A stretch of DNA of 64,000 bases from Callorhinchus milii (taxonomy: Eukaryota). Below the pieces are notes generated by a model. It did not search any database, was not told the origin of the DNA, and saw nothing but the letters and a program-made list of their open reading frames with translations. Made by a program: the position numbers and the translations under genes. Location: the NCBI RefSeq assembly GCF_018977255.1, contig NW_024704742.1, positions 15,254,001-15,318,000 on the forward strand. The letters are read 5' to 3'. Of the stretch, positions 13,681-26,577 are shown in pieces. Each line of letters opens with the position of its first letter. The stretch's first letter is position 1.

Positions 13681-14479
13681 AATAACAACAGCTTTGATGA
13701 TTTTCTGTCCAAGAAAAAAACTCAACACATGAAATCAGGCTAGTATCTGAGCACAACCAGTCCTGCCACTATAATAATAATCTTTGCATTTGAAATAGCG
13801 CTTTATCACGTCTTCGAGACGTCTCAAAGCTCTTCACAGAATATATTGTAAAGTAAATTGACTATTTTGTGGGCAAAATAGAGTTCAAGAGAGTGAACTA
13901 GAGTTCCAACACACGGTATTACTGCACAGTTGTGTCATTTTTCAGGCTTTCAAATGCCACTTATAACTGCTCACCCAATAACCAAACTCTGTCAGTAAGG
14001 TTTATCCTCGGTCTCCACAAAAGGCTCATGATCTGCCTTCAGTAGGAGCAAAATACTTTGTATGAGTGCAAAGGCTGTCTGATGTTTCTCACCCTCACTG
14101 GGTTCAAAACCATCATTGTATGTTTAGCAGCACAAATAGACATTGAATATCCTAACTCACTACTTTCTGCGGTATCTGATATCATTGGGCTCAGCAACAC
14201 TGTAGCAAACACATAAAACAGTTTTCATCTCAGCAGCTGGTGGTGGTTGATGGTCCCGATAAGGTAATCAAATGCCTGATGGAGCTTAGGTAAATTAGAT
14301 TAAATATCCTTGCATTTGGTATTGCACCTCATCATGTCAAAATGTTTCAAGGCGTTTTACAGAATTTTCTGTAAAGTAGTGACCTGTAGCCAAACGCAGC
14401 AGCCAATTTGCATATAGCAATGTTCCATAAACAGATTAGAAGTGAACGACCGGTTTCTTTTTTATAATCTGGAGAATTG

Positions 14480-14790
14480 TTGGGCACGGCAAAACGTTGG
14501 GCAAGTTTCCTTACTCTATACATCTCTGTTTACATAATAATAAGTAGGAATCCTGTTGTTAGTCAATTGGTGGATAGCTTTTCCATGGGTAATAATCCCT
14601 TAAAAAAAATTTGGTCACTCAATCCACAACTGTTTGTAAACATTTCTGTGCACAATTGGCTGCCCTGTTTTGTCTACAAAAATATACCGTCAATTCACTT
14701 TACGGTGTATTCTGTGAAGTACTTTGAGACATCTTGAAGACATGATAAGGTGCTATATCAAATGCAAGGACTATTATTATTTATTATTGT
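14480..14790 (+). mobile_element. SINE family A
   Basis: gggcaagtttccttact...taggaatcctgttgttagtcaattgg...atcaaatgcaagga. Confidence 0.85.
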
Positions 14791-15271
14791 TGATCATGAG
14801 AAACTGCCTTCCTTTTTGAATAGCACAATGGGATCTTTAACATCCGCCTGAGCAGGCAGATGTGGTACCTTGGTTTTATCATCGCATCTGAAGGAAGGCA
14901 CCACCAACAATGCAGTACTGCAATGCAATGTCAGCGTAAAGTACAGTATGTACAATGTATCAGTATAAAGTCAAAACTCCTGTCTTGGAGCTTGCATCAA
15001 CAACATTCAGTGTCAGAAGCGAGAGTACCACCAATGGAGCCAGTCTGACACCCTGATTCGGATCATCGTAAGTTAAAATCCCAACATACTATGTCACTTA
15101 TTTTAAATAAAATAGCAATTAGTTCAACTTTTGGTCAGCTCACAAGATGTAAAGTAATAATCCCATTCACCTCCCTCGCAAGCATACACACAGTTTCAGA
15201 ACAATTCACAACATCAGGGTCTTCTTCTGTTCAATGAAAGGCGACATATGAAATGTTCACTCAATCTCTTT

Positions 15272-15320
15272 CTGTACCTGTATGGCCTCAGATATGAACA
15301 CGCAAGCTCCCATTCTCGCA
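15272..15320 (-). pseudogene. Decayed tandem duplicate of the 3' half and splice donor of the PRDM5 exon at 15368-15461
   Basis: tacctgtatggcctcagatatgaacacgcaagctcccatt vs tacctgtatggcttcgaatgtgaacccgcaaggtcccatt, offset 90 bp; reads NGSLRVHI*GHT then G|gtacag. Confidence 0.85.
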
Positions 15321-15367
15321 CATAGACACATATGCACAGTTTCAGTATAATATCAAATTCTATCTAC

Positions 15368-15461
15368 CTGTATGGCTTCGAATGTGAACCCGCAAGGTCC
15401 CATTACTGGCAAACTTCTGGCCGCAGTATGGACAGATCTTCTCCTTCTCCCCAGTATGTGT
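15368..15461 (-). CDS. PRDM5: PRDM5 internal coding exon (exon 13 equivalent), C2H2 finger [31 protein letters not shown](G)
   Basis: Not in the ORF track; translated by hand. Acceptor ctttctcacag|ACA, donor ACAG|gtagat; 94 nt, phase 0 to 1; continues the PRDM5 peptide after SHKK. Confidence 0.95.
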
Positions 15462-15976
15462 CTGTGAGAAAGAAGGTAGCCATTATAATCATTCAGTTCA
15501 AAAGGAAATACTTGCTCACAGCAAATCTTTTTAACACAGACCAGGGGGTATAAAGGAAAAAATGGAAATACCGGAAATCTGAAATGAAATGAAGATGTTG
15601 GATTTACAAAGTGGTCGATTTGTACCTGAAAAAGCTTAGGTTAATACTTAAGTTGTAGCCCTTTATCCCTCACGTTATGAATTTTATTAAAACCATATAG
15701 TTACATGTAGTTTTGCTTCACTTGCAACATGTAGTGTATGCATTGACACTGAAAATCTAAAAACAATAAGAAAACTGTAAGACAATGCTATATGCTGGTG
15801 TGAGGTCTGAGTGATATGTGTGAGGTACTTCTGATTACTACTTGGATTCCTTAATCAAGGAATCCCATTTAAGGAATCCTGTTGGAGAGCACTGCATTGT
15901 AGTACCCAGAATTTCACTTGGAGTTGCTATCCATTAAACTGAAATATTGTTTGTTTACTGTGTTCAAAAAGAATAC

Positions 15977-16352
15977 AAACAACAACAACAAGATTCCATT
16001 TATTGAGCGCCTTTCACGTCGGGAGGACGTCCCAAAGCGCTGTACAGTTGGGTCAGGACCCGAGCAGGGGGGAAATGGTCAGGGTGAGGGGAGGAAAGGG
16101 AGGGAGCGAGGAGGGGGTAGAGTGTCGAGAGGGGAGCTGAAGGCTCGGTCAAAGAGAAAGGTCTTGAGACCGGCCTTGAAGGAGGAAAGGGAGGAGGCGG
16201 CGAAGGCACTGGAGGATAGAGTTCCAGAGTCTAGGGGCTGAGAGGCTGAAGGCCCGACCATCGATGGTAGGGCAGTTGGGGCGGGGGATGTGGAGCAGAC
16301 CGGAGCCAGAGGAACGGAGGGTACGGGCAGGTAGGTAGGGGGATAGTAGGTC
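15977..16352 (-). mobile_element. Young L2 LINE 3' fragment
   Basis: Same 3' UTR and (AAC)n tail; encodes PTIDGRAFSLSAPRLWNS and FKAGLKTFLFDRAF. Confidence 0.93.
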
Positions 16353-16424
16353 AAAGCAGACTACAATTTGTAAGATATGCTGCACTAATTAGACAGAATA
16401 TATATGCCATCTACATCTGTGTTG

Positions 16425-16541
16425 TATGTGAGTGTATATATATATATTTAATGTGTATGTATGTATGTGTGTGTATATATATTTAATGTGTATGTATGTG
16501 TGTGTATGTATATATGTTTAATGTGTATGTATGTGTGTATA
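16425..16541. repeat. Compound TA/TG/TATG minisatellite, about three units of 32-36 bp
   Basis: tttaatgtgtatgtatg recurs three times. Confidence 0.9.
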
Positions 16542-19500
16542 GAGTAGGTTACACTGAGGGAAGTGGTTTATTCAGCTGCTTAATAGTGCTGGGAGTTGAG
16601 TCACTTTCCTATCAGCAATATGATGATGTGGAAGCCAGTATTTACAACCTACTTCACATTGGTTGGGGTCTGTATAAAAAACGCCTGATTTCAGATTTAT
16701 ATACTGCTGCACAGTTCAGCCACACATACAGAACATTGATTTCAGGTTTTTTAAGAAGGGTTGCACGTTCGACTCTTTTATCACATTTATCAAATGGTTT
16801 GTTGAAACTTCTTGGGCAGTTCAATGTCTTCAACAACTTTCAACACTGCACTTGGGAGCGAGCTCAGTAGAATCACGCTCGTCGTGTTTACACCATGTGG
16901 GCTTAGGTTGTGTTGCTCCCAAAACCGATTCCTCCAGATGGTGTCAGAAGCGAGTTTCCAATGGGATTCCCACTGACTTAAATCTACTACACATTTGGCA
17001 GTGACTGTATTACAGACCAGTATTAAGGAGTATTATAGTAAAATGATGTAGCAAAAGTGGAAGAGCAAGCAGCAATGTTATATCAAACTATATTACCTAC
17101 AGTGAGGTGTAATTATACAAACATATTATCATAAGGATACAACAGTTGCTATTGCAAACCCATTTACCAGAAACTACAGATAATTCTTGTTCCAAAGAGT
17201 AACTACAATTTCAACTAAACCAATGTATTCACGTAGGATGGGACTGAAAGGAACTCCATTTATCTCAAAAGCTTGCTGTTGTCATCTCCATGGAAATGGG
17301 AATGTTGTTCATTTTTAATGGCAAATAACATCTGAAACATTATTTCTTGAAAACCAAAATTCAAACCCTGCAGCTACAGAGATTGAGATAATTCCAATGT
17401 GACTTGAGCACCTCAGAACAACATATAAATCATCTGTAAAAAAATTATTTTGCACGCATTTAGGCTACTAGATTTATGATTCGCCCAAAAGTTAGTCTTA
17501 GGAATCAATCTTAATTTGCAGATTTCAATATAATGACCTATTGGGGCTTCTTTCCTGAAATGAATGTTACAAAAAAAAGGTTGTTTGATGAATGGAATGC
17601 ATACTGATACTGGGAAAATGGCTTTTAAGGAGGAAATCTTTCTGAACTCTACATTTTTATGATGTATTAAGTATATCTAATGCTGCTTCCTTATCTTTAC
17701 TTAACTTACCAAAATGCCATATTGACCAAAAACGGGTTTCTCTGACCTATTGGACTAAATTCTTTGGAGAACTCACATTTCCACAATGTATTTGCCAAAT
17801 GCATGCCTATTTAAGCAGGGAGACATTTCCATTAGGGGAAGACTTGTGAATTGCAATACTAGCATCACATAAAATTTATGGTCTGGAAAAGATTAGCAAC
17901 GTACTTAACCAGAGATTATTTTATTAAGAGTAGCACTTGACAGCTTTATTCAAAAATGAAAAGTAAGAAAGAAGATTGAGTCGACCAGGGGCAGAGGGAA
18001 TGCATTGCCAGCCAGTGAGGTAACACATTCCTTGCTGGAAGTTCCAACTTGTTAGTTTATATCCTGCACTCTGATATGTTCAGGCAACAAGAACGCTGGA
18101 AAAGAAATGACTTTTGCTTCAAGCGCGTGTGTGCAGTTGCTGTTTGCTGTTCAGTAGCATGATCAGCAGTAATGGGGAATATGGGGAGGACAGATCCTGT
18201 GCATTGACATTGGGCCTAAATGGTATTTCAAATGGATTTTATTGGAAGCTTGGAATTAATCCTGTCCGGCTGAAAATTGCTGTTCGGTTCATTTCACACA
18301 ACAGGTAAATTCTGCTCCAACTTTGCCCTGCTGTAATGCAAAAATAATAATTTCTTCCTCTTCAAATGTTGAACCAATTCCCTTTAAATGTTATGGCCTC
18401 ACCCTCAACAGCTACATGAGGAAAAACATTTTATGTTCTACAAAGCCTCTGCATGAGTTAGTTTCTTTTAACCTCCCTGTAACTGTTCCTATTACGAGCT
18501 GAGTTTATACCTCCTTCTTACAATTTAACAAGCAGTGGGAATAATCTTTCACTGTTTATCTTCTTGAAACATTTAAAAAATGTAACGATCCCTATTAGAT
18601 TCCCTCTTAAATTTCACTATCCGGTGAAAACAGACCAAATTGAGAGATGGCGAGGATAGTTGAGAGCATTGCCACACATCTTTCCCATTAAAATGGTATT
18701 CACTGCAGAATTACAGATAGTTCTCATCTTATCAATGCTGCCAGTCATTAATAATAAATAATTTTCCTTGCATTTGATATAGTGTCTTTCACATCGAGAG
18801 GATGTCTCAAAGCAGTGTAAAGTGTGACTGTATTTTGTAGGCAAACTGCTTTCAACACTTATAATGATCCTTACCTTTGATTTTGCACCAAGAATGTCTC
18901 AAAGCACTTTACATAGTTTTCGGTAAATTATTTGTAACAAACATAACAGCCAGTTAGCACACAGATTCGTCTCACAAATGGCTATGAAGTGATTGACTAA
19001 TTTTCATCTGAGGAAATGTTGGCAAGGACATGATAACCCGTCAACCCGGAATTTGGTCATTTCCGACATCGCTTCCTCTGTACTGCACATGTACAAAATG
19101 GGAAGTGATGTCAGTGATGACCTAATGATGTGAGGGTCGGCCAATTTAGGAGGGCAACATTTGCCGTGCAGAAAGCAAGTGGGCTGGCTGCGTGCATGTA
19201 TAGTAAATGACGCCTGGAGCCACACTGAAATCCTGTTTTAAACCATTATAATAGGGCTGCCCTGAAGCATTATGTCTGGTTAGAAACAGTATTGATAAAA
19301 GGCACTATTTTACAGTACTGCCTCTAACCCCATTGAGCTGGATTAGATCCTCACACAGCCCAAAATGCATATTGCTTTCTTGAGAGTCCCAGAAAACATG
19401 TATGTAGGTATTCTTTGTAAGGTTATAAGCAAAGAGCAATAATGAACCTCCTGGTCATGTAGTAGGTGGTAATTGAAGGCAAGTTGCTTTATTGAAACAA

Positions 19501-19734
19501 CTGCCTGTTCTAAATTACAACCTATTATACCTTTGTAGATCTATTATGATTTATAGTGCAGTGGGCTCAACACACCCTGAGACTCAACATTACCAAACAT
19601 GCTCCAGGCTCTGCGCAAAACAGTGGTCACCATTTTATTTCCTTCTTGTAAGTAAGAAAATAAACAACACGAGCCATATGACACAGACCAACTGTGACCA
19701 TAAGCAAAGTAAATAATGTGAGCAGACAATGCAG

Positions 19735-19978
19735 TTGGTTTTGCAGTTCTGCACCCACCCTTTGGAACTGAATCCCACAGTCCTTTTGCCTTGCTCCCTC
19801 CGTTGCCTCCTTCAAGGCATTTTTCAAAGCCCTCTTCTTCGACCGTTTCTTCGGCCACCCTCCTACCCCTTCTGATCCCAACCACCAGCTCGGGTCCAAA
19901 TCCCTGACTGTCCAGCGCCATGGGACATCCTCCTGACGTGAAAGACGCTTTACAAATGTAATTTGTTGTTTGTTGTTA
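19735..19978 (+). mobile_element. L2 3' fragment
   Basis: gggacatcctcctgacgtgaaagacgct...ttgttgtt tail; FKA..K.LFFDR coding remnant. Confidence 0.85.
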
Positions 19979-21084
19979 TGCATTAGTTATTACTCCTCGG
20001 TGTTCCTCCTTTCACATGTCCCACATCTGTACAAAGCCTTTCATTGCTTTCCCATCCACTGGAGGCGATAATATAAAAAGATTTTATCAAAATAAGCGTT
20101 AACCAGACGGAGTTGCAGAATTCCAGAAATTATTTTCAGCGAGAACAATGGACAAAATGGATTAAATTCTAACTCTCATTTTCTTTATGCTATAAAATGT
20201 TCAAACTCTTGCGCGTAAAACTGCTGTTGAAATATTTTGTTGCCGGATGCTAATATTGAAATTGTTTAATGTTATACAAATTTAAAATTGAGATCCAGAA
20301 ACTGTTCTTATGAAACAATGAAACAGAACTGCAAAATCGCACAAAGAATAGGAATACAAGGCAAACCCAATATAACACCCACTCCTTTCATGGGGGTGTT
20401 ATGATGTGGCTTCACCAATGTCCTCAGGACCTGCTTTAAGCAGAAGCATGTGGTTTGTGGCAGTGACTAACCAACTTACCATGCTGATTTCCAGATCAGC
20501 TCACTGCTGACGTCTTTTACTGCATGTTATGCTTATGGGCACTGTGTGCTGAAAGCGCCACTAATTTCACTTCACAAAGGAAATTACATTAACAGTGCTT
20601 CCTGTGCATAGCACAGCATGCTGGAAGTGTCATCAATATTAGCCTGACAGCTCTGAAGTCAGCCTTTTTAACATGCTTTTAACTCAACGGCAAAGATATT
20701 GGATCCACGTGACCAAGATACAACAGAATACTCCTGTAGCAATCTATCAGTGAAAAGGTAACAAGAGCACTGTACATGTCAAGCTACGGCTGCCCTACCC
20801 AGCAGGAGTTTGTCTTCCTGGGTAATAAATCCATTCGGCATTTCACATTGATACTGTGAGGGAGCCACCTAAAAGGGAACCTTACTAAAATGTATGAGAC
20901 GTTACTTTATAATAATGAATAAAAATTTTGCATTTGAAAAGACCTTATCACATCGTCGAGACATTTCAAAGTGTTTCACAGGGTATACTGTAAAGTGATG
21001 CAGCTGTGTGTATTTTGTGGGCGATTCACAAAATGACACAATTAGTTTATCAATGTCATTAGAGAAAATAGCTCCAGTGGACAA

Positions 21085-21345
21085 CAAAAACAACAACTTG
21101 CGTTTATATAGTGCCCCTCACATAGGGTAGTGTCTCAGAATGCTTGACAGTGGTGGAACACGGTACCAAGCCAGCGGGAGGGGGAGGTGACCGCACCCAT
21201 GGTCGAATAGGAAGGTCTTCAGCGCGACCTGAAGATGGCGAAGGAAGGGACAAGGCAGAGGGATAGAGGAAGAGTGTTCCAGAGTTACGGGATATAATGG
21301 TTGAAAGTACGGCCACCAATGGTGGATCGGAGGGCACAAGGGACA
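21085..21345 (-). mobile_element. L2 3' fragment of a second subfamily (tail ...ataaacgcaagttgttg), head-to-head with the 21348 copy
   Basis: caacaacttgcgtttatatagtgccc tail; ALKTFLFDH on the minus strand. Confidence 0.8.
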
Positions 21346-21347
21346 AG

Positions 21348-21866
21348 ACAGCTCATGTACTCTCACGCACCAGGCTCCGTGACCCCATCACTCCCACCCT
21401 TGCCCGACTCCACTGGCTCCCCATCCCCCAGAGGATCGAGTTTAAGATCTTCGTCCTCACCTTTAAGGCCATCCACGGCCTTGCCCCCTCCTACCTCTCT
21501 GACCTGCTGACTTCCTACCAACCTGCATGCTCCCTCCGTTCATCGGGCTCCAGCCTGCTCCAGGTCTCCCGGCCGACCTGCCCTACCATCGGTGGCCGGA
21601 CTTTCAGCTTCTCTGCCCCCATACTCTGGAACTCCATCCCATTATCCCTTCACCTCGCTTCCTCCCTTGCCTCCTTCTAGACTGGTCTCAAGACCCTTCT
21701 CTTCGATCGTTCCCTTTGGTCTCCCTCCCACCTCTCTGCCTTCCCTCACCCCTACACCACCCCTCCCCCATGCTTGGGCCCTGACACCTGACTGTTCAGC
21801 ACTTTGGGACTTCCTCCCGACGTGAAAGGCGCTCCATAAATGTAATTTTGTTGTTGTTGTTTTGTT
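21348..21866 (+). mobile_element. L2 LINE 3' fragment
   Basis: ITPTLARLHWLPIPQRIEFKI...GLAPSYL...LWNSIP; tail gtgaaaggcgctccataaatgtaatttt(gtt)n. Confidence 0.9.
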
Positions 21867-21924
21867 GACAACACAGGCAAGATAGGATGAATGGCTTCCT
21901 TCCCTATTGACATTTTAATATTTT

Positions 21925-22445
21925 ATTTTGTTTAGTCACTGGGTGTCTTGACACATGCAGAAACCCATCACCATACTTAAGAGTATCCAAACCAAGCTGA
22001 GATTTCCGTCATCCCACCTACACATGGAAATCCCAAAGACAGATTGTTGGAATGGAATCCACATTCTCTCCCTGGAGGAACACATACTGCTTATCTAATT
22101 CCGGAAAGTATTGGGTGCAGGTTGGCAAGAGCCAAAGACTGGGGACACCAGAATGTACGTTGGAGTAACTGCTGGAGCCTAACCAGCTAAAACCGCATAG
22201 CTGCCATTGATATTGCTGTCTGGCAAGGTGTCCCGCTGCTTGTCCACCTAGGACCACCCTACCTTTAGGGTTTTGGCTTGCAGGGTTAACAGGAGCTGAG
22301 TAGGATGACTCTCTGCCCCCATTGACTAGTCTGCCCTTCCAGATCCTGTCAATGAGCCAGCCTGGCTGTGCTGTAATCAGCAATGCCCTGGAAAACTGCA
22401 GACCCACCTGGCTGCAGAGATTGCCCAGAGGCTTGGCTCAATTCC
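21925..22445 (-). repeat. Family X copy
   Basis: tgacacatgcagaaacccatcacc...taagagtatccaaacca...ccagctaaaaccgcatagctgcca. Confidence 0.8.
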
Positions 22446-23729
22446 GACAGTCCATTGTCAGGCATGCCACCTTGGAGCCAGAACAGGTCCTCGTCAGTTC
22501 ATCACCCAGCTTGGAGTCAGGCTCTGCCACTGTTGAGCACTCTGAGATGCTACCCTGCGTGGAGAACTCTATATAAGTGCACGTTGTTGTTGTTTGAGCA
22601 CTTAAACATGGTAGATACAAGTAACACCCTACAAGCTTTCTAGTGGGCAACTCATCTCAGTACGGAATGTGTGAGAGCATTGCCACCCTCTTCTGAAATT
22701 TTCATAATTGAAGCTTGCATCACCAATGAAATGGGGTGCTAAACCAGGTAGTGACTCAATACAGAACTTGTTATATTGAATAGTGTTTTCTCCAGAAGAA
22801 CTTACAACCTCAATTACTCTTTTCTCTAATGGTTAGTGAAATGGCTGAGGTTCAAACAAAATCACAACAACAACTTACAATGTTTTATAGTGCCCTTCAT
22901 GTAGGATAATGCTTCAATGTACTTCAAAAATATTAAAATATAAAGTCAGGATAACGGAGAGAAAAAATCCACTTTTCCTTCAAATAACAGCAGAGGGAAG
23001 GAGGATTAAATATCCTTGCATTTGACTTCACGTCTTATCAGGCTGTCAAATGTCTCAAGGCACTTCACAGGATTTACTGCAAAGTTTAGTGTCTTTTGCA
23101 TGCAAACGCAACAGCCAATTTGTGCAGAGCAATGTCCCACAAAGTATGGATACTTTTGCATAGCGCCATAGAGTCTTCATTGTCCAGCTGAACAGGCAGA
23201 CAGGATCTTGGTGTAATACCTCATCTGAAGCACGGCTTCTGGAGCATTATAGCGCTTTCCCAGTACTGCTCTGTAGTGACAGCCTAGACTATGAGCTCCC
23301 CAAATCCCTTCAATTTCTTTTATAAGAAGGCAGTCTGGGTGACTTACAGGAGATATGCAATAAACCTTTATCTTGTTTCAACAGGATATACTAGTGCACT
23401 CAAATCTACAACAATACCACATGTCTGTTTTTACTCTGCTTATGGCATGCATTATCATTGCCCCAGAGTAGGTCTTTCTCTTTATTCTCACTCCAGTAGA
23501 TACCCAAGTGATATTTACCAACAATTGACTTTTAGTGATTTGTGTCAACTCCTTAAAGCAATTCAAAGTGCTTCCTAAAGGCATCCATTACGAATTACAC
23601 AAGCATTCAGCCCTAATCTATGTGCTTACACAAACTTCAAAATCTGTTTGCTTGGTAATGTAGTAAAGATAAGGGAAAGTACTGATATTCTCCTGCAATT
23701 CAAGTCAAGGACAAGCTACCAGCCATTGC

Positions 23730-24045
23730 TCAACAACAACGAGATTACATTTGTGTAGTGTGTTTCATGTCAGGAGGACTCCCAAGGCGCTGGAGAGTGT
23801 ACAGCATTTCAGACCCGAGCTGGGGTCAGGGAGGGATAAGGGAGGGGAGGCGAAGGGGGGTGGCCGATGGCATGGTCGAAGAGGAGGGTTTCGAGGAGGG
23901 ACTTGAAGGAGGCTAAAGAGGGGGCGAGGCGAAGTGATTGGGGGATGGAATTCCAGAGGTTGGGGGCAGAGTGGCTGAAGGCTCTCCTGCCAATGGTGGG
24001 GCGGGTAGGTCGGGGGACGTGTCGTAGCCCTCATCCGGAAACCAA
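23730..24045 (-). mobile_element. L2 3' fragment
   Basis: Tail at 23730 and ggaattccagagg (LWNS) motif similar to the young L2. Confidence 0.85.
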
Positions 24046-25839
24046 GTAAAGCATTATTTTGCTCCCATGTGCCACACTTAACATACATGTGAAACAGAAA
24101 GCTTTGAGCAAGGTGGAGCCCTTCATTGGACGTTGTGAAGCTGGGTTTGCCAGTCAGGACCTTGGGCGGCACTTTTTTGCTGCTTTGAATAGCGACAACA
24201 AAAGTAAAATTATTGGTTGAGTAAACCCCTTGCCACTGCATTCAGCTCCCACACTCTTAGCTCAGGCTCCCATCCAGCATGGTTAAGCACTTTGTGACAT
24301 CCCCCTCACCCCCCGATGTGAAGTGAAAGGCGCTATATAAATATGAATTGTGTTGTAACACATTGCCACTGCCAATCTGATTGCCCTAAAACCAACAGAT
24401 GTACAAATTTTACAGCAATTTACCACTTTCTGATCAGAAATCAAAAGATCCTTGAGCTGGAAGATGAATCAGTGACCCAGCTTCAGAGATCAGGATGGAG
24501 ACCAAGTCAATGGGGACGTCTAGCACCGCTAGGTAATTCACATTCAATATTTGAGGAAGGAATCTCTTAATTTACACCACATTTTCTACTGCAATGAAAG
24601 CTGAGGCTTTACACAGCTGTCCTAAGACTGGGAATTACTTTTTGTGGTTTTAAGTGTATTTCTCCTCAAAGCACAGCATTCAGATCTAGGTTACGTTGTG
24701 TAAGAATAATTCTTACATTTGCTATAGCGGACATCCCAAAACGCTTCACAGGATATACTGTAAAATGCACTGACTGTGTGTTTTGTGGGCAAACAATTGT
24801 GGACTTAAGTGTGCTAACATATTATGTATGCTAACTGTATTTCATTGTGTCCTTATTTTACTTCTATGCTGGTGAAATACAAAGAAAAACAGATAATTTA
24901 GCGCATGATATTGTCTCACATAACCTGTAGACAAATGCTCTCTTCCTGTCCATTTACTCTTTACCTCTGATATATATGTTGATTCCTAATACAAAATAAG
25001 AATTGCTTCCAAAGATATTCATCCAGTAGGATGGATGAAGAATTCTGCTCTGGTCTGACTGTTTACGTAATCACAAATGCTGCGAGCGATTTTATCATAA
25101 AATAAAGATGAGAGAAGGTACTGATAGCCAGATTTTTCAATTGTTACATTTTTGTCAAGGTAAATCCATTAGCCATTCCTCATTCAAAATAAATAACCAT
25201 ATAATACAATGGAGTTTATTTTGCACACTCTTAAATATAATTGCTGTATATAAAAAAGCAGTGTGTGAAGGGATATTTCCCCCTCAGCTCCTGCAATCCT
25301 AAACCTGCAAGCCAAAGAAAGCCCCAATGGGTAGAGTGGTCCTAGCTGGACAGGCAGAGGGAATCTTGACAGAGAGTGCTTTCCATGGCAAGCTACTTGG
25401 TTTTAGCCTGTCGAACTGTACCAGTACCTCTACGCACACTCTAGGGTCCGCATGTCTTGGTTCTTGAACCTGTGTCTCATACTCTCCTCAATTAGATAAG
25501 TAGGATGTTTCCCTCTGATGAAAGTGTGTGTGTTCTTTTCCAGATGTGAGAATTTCCATGTGTAAGTGACATGCATGGAAAGTCTGGCTTGGATACTGCT
25601 TGGACACATGGTGATAGATTTCCACACACATTTTTACTATTGAATGTACTGTTGAGTGGTATTGAATATCATGATAGCATTGAGTATGATGGACACTCAG
25701 ATTATAAGAATATGTGGCTGTTTCAATTGTTTCAATAAGATTCTTATTGATGATTGCTGTTACTTTACTCTGAGTGAATAAATGGCAAGGGTTTTAATAA
25801 TACCGATCTGCATGAAATCTATGCTGACTGCCATCACAG

Positions 25840-26577
25840 CAACAACAACAACAACAACAAGATTCCATTTATAAAGCGCCTTTCACGTCAGGAGGACGTC
25901 CCAAGGCGCTGCACAGTTGGGTCATGACCCGAGCAGGGGGAAATGGTCAGGGTGAGGGGAGGGAAGGGAGGGAGCGAGGAGGGGGGAAATGGTCAGGGTG
26001 AGGGGAGGGAAGGGAGCGAGCGAGGAGGGGGAAGAGAGTCGAGAGGGGAGCTGAAGGCACGGTCAAAGAGAAAGGTTTTGAGACCGGCCTTGAAGGAGGA
26101 AAGGGAGGAGGCGGCGAAGGCACTGGGGGATGGAGTTCCAGAGCCTCGGGGCTGAGAGGCTGAAGGCCCGACCACCGATGGTAGGGCGGTTGGGGCGGGG
26201 GACGTGGAGCAGACCGGAGCCAGAGGAACGGAGGGTACGGGCAGGTAGGTAGGGGGATAGTAGGTTGGAGAGGTAGGAGGGAGCGAGGCCGTGAATGGCC
26301 TTGTAGGTGAGGATGAGGATCTTGAAATCAATCCTCTGGGGGATGGGGAGCCAGTGGAGGCGAGCGAGGGTGGGAGTGATGTGGTCCCGAAGCCTGGTGC
26401 GGGACAGTACACGAGCTGCAGAGTTCTGAATGACCTGCAGCTTGTGGAGGGAGGTGGCGGGAAGGCCGGCGAGGAGAGAGTTCCCGTAGTCCAGCCTTGA
26501 GGTGACAAAGGCGTGAACCAGGGTTTCAGCAGCGTGAAGGGTGAGGTAATGCCGTAGTCTGGCGATGTTCCGGAGAT
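25840..26577 (-). mobile_element. Young 5'-truncated L2 LINE, same subfamily as 54128-55436
   Basis: Nearly identical reverse complement of about 54685-55436; (AAC)n tail at the left end. Confidence 0.95.

Noticed and set aside
1..15270. Downstream PRDM5 exon ([22 protein letters not shown]…)
   Set aside because: Not found by eye; probably outside the window.
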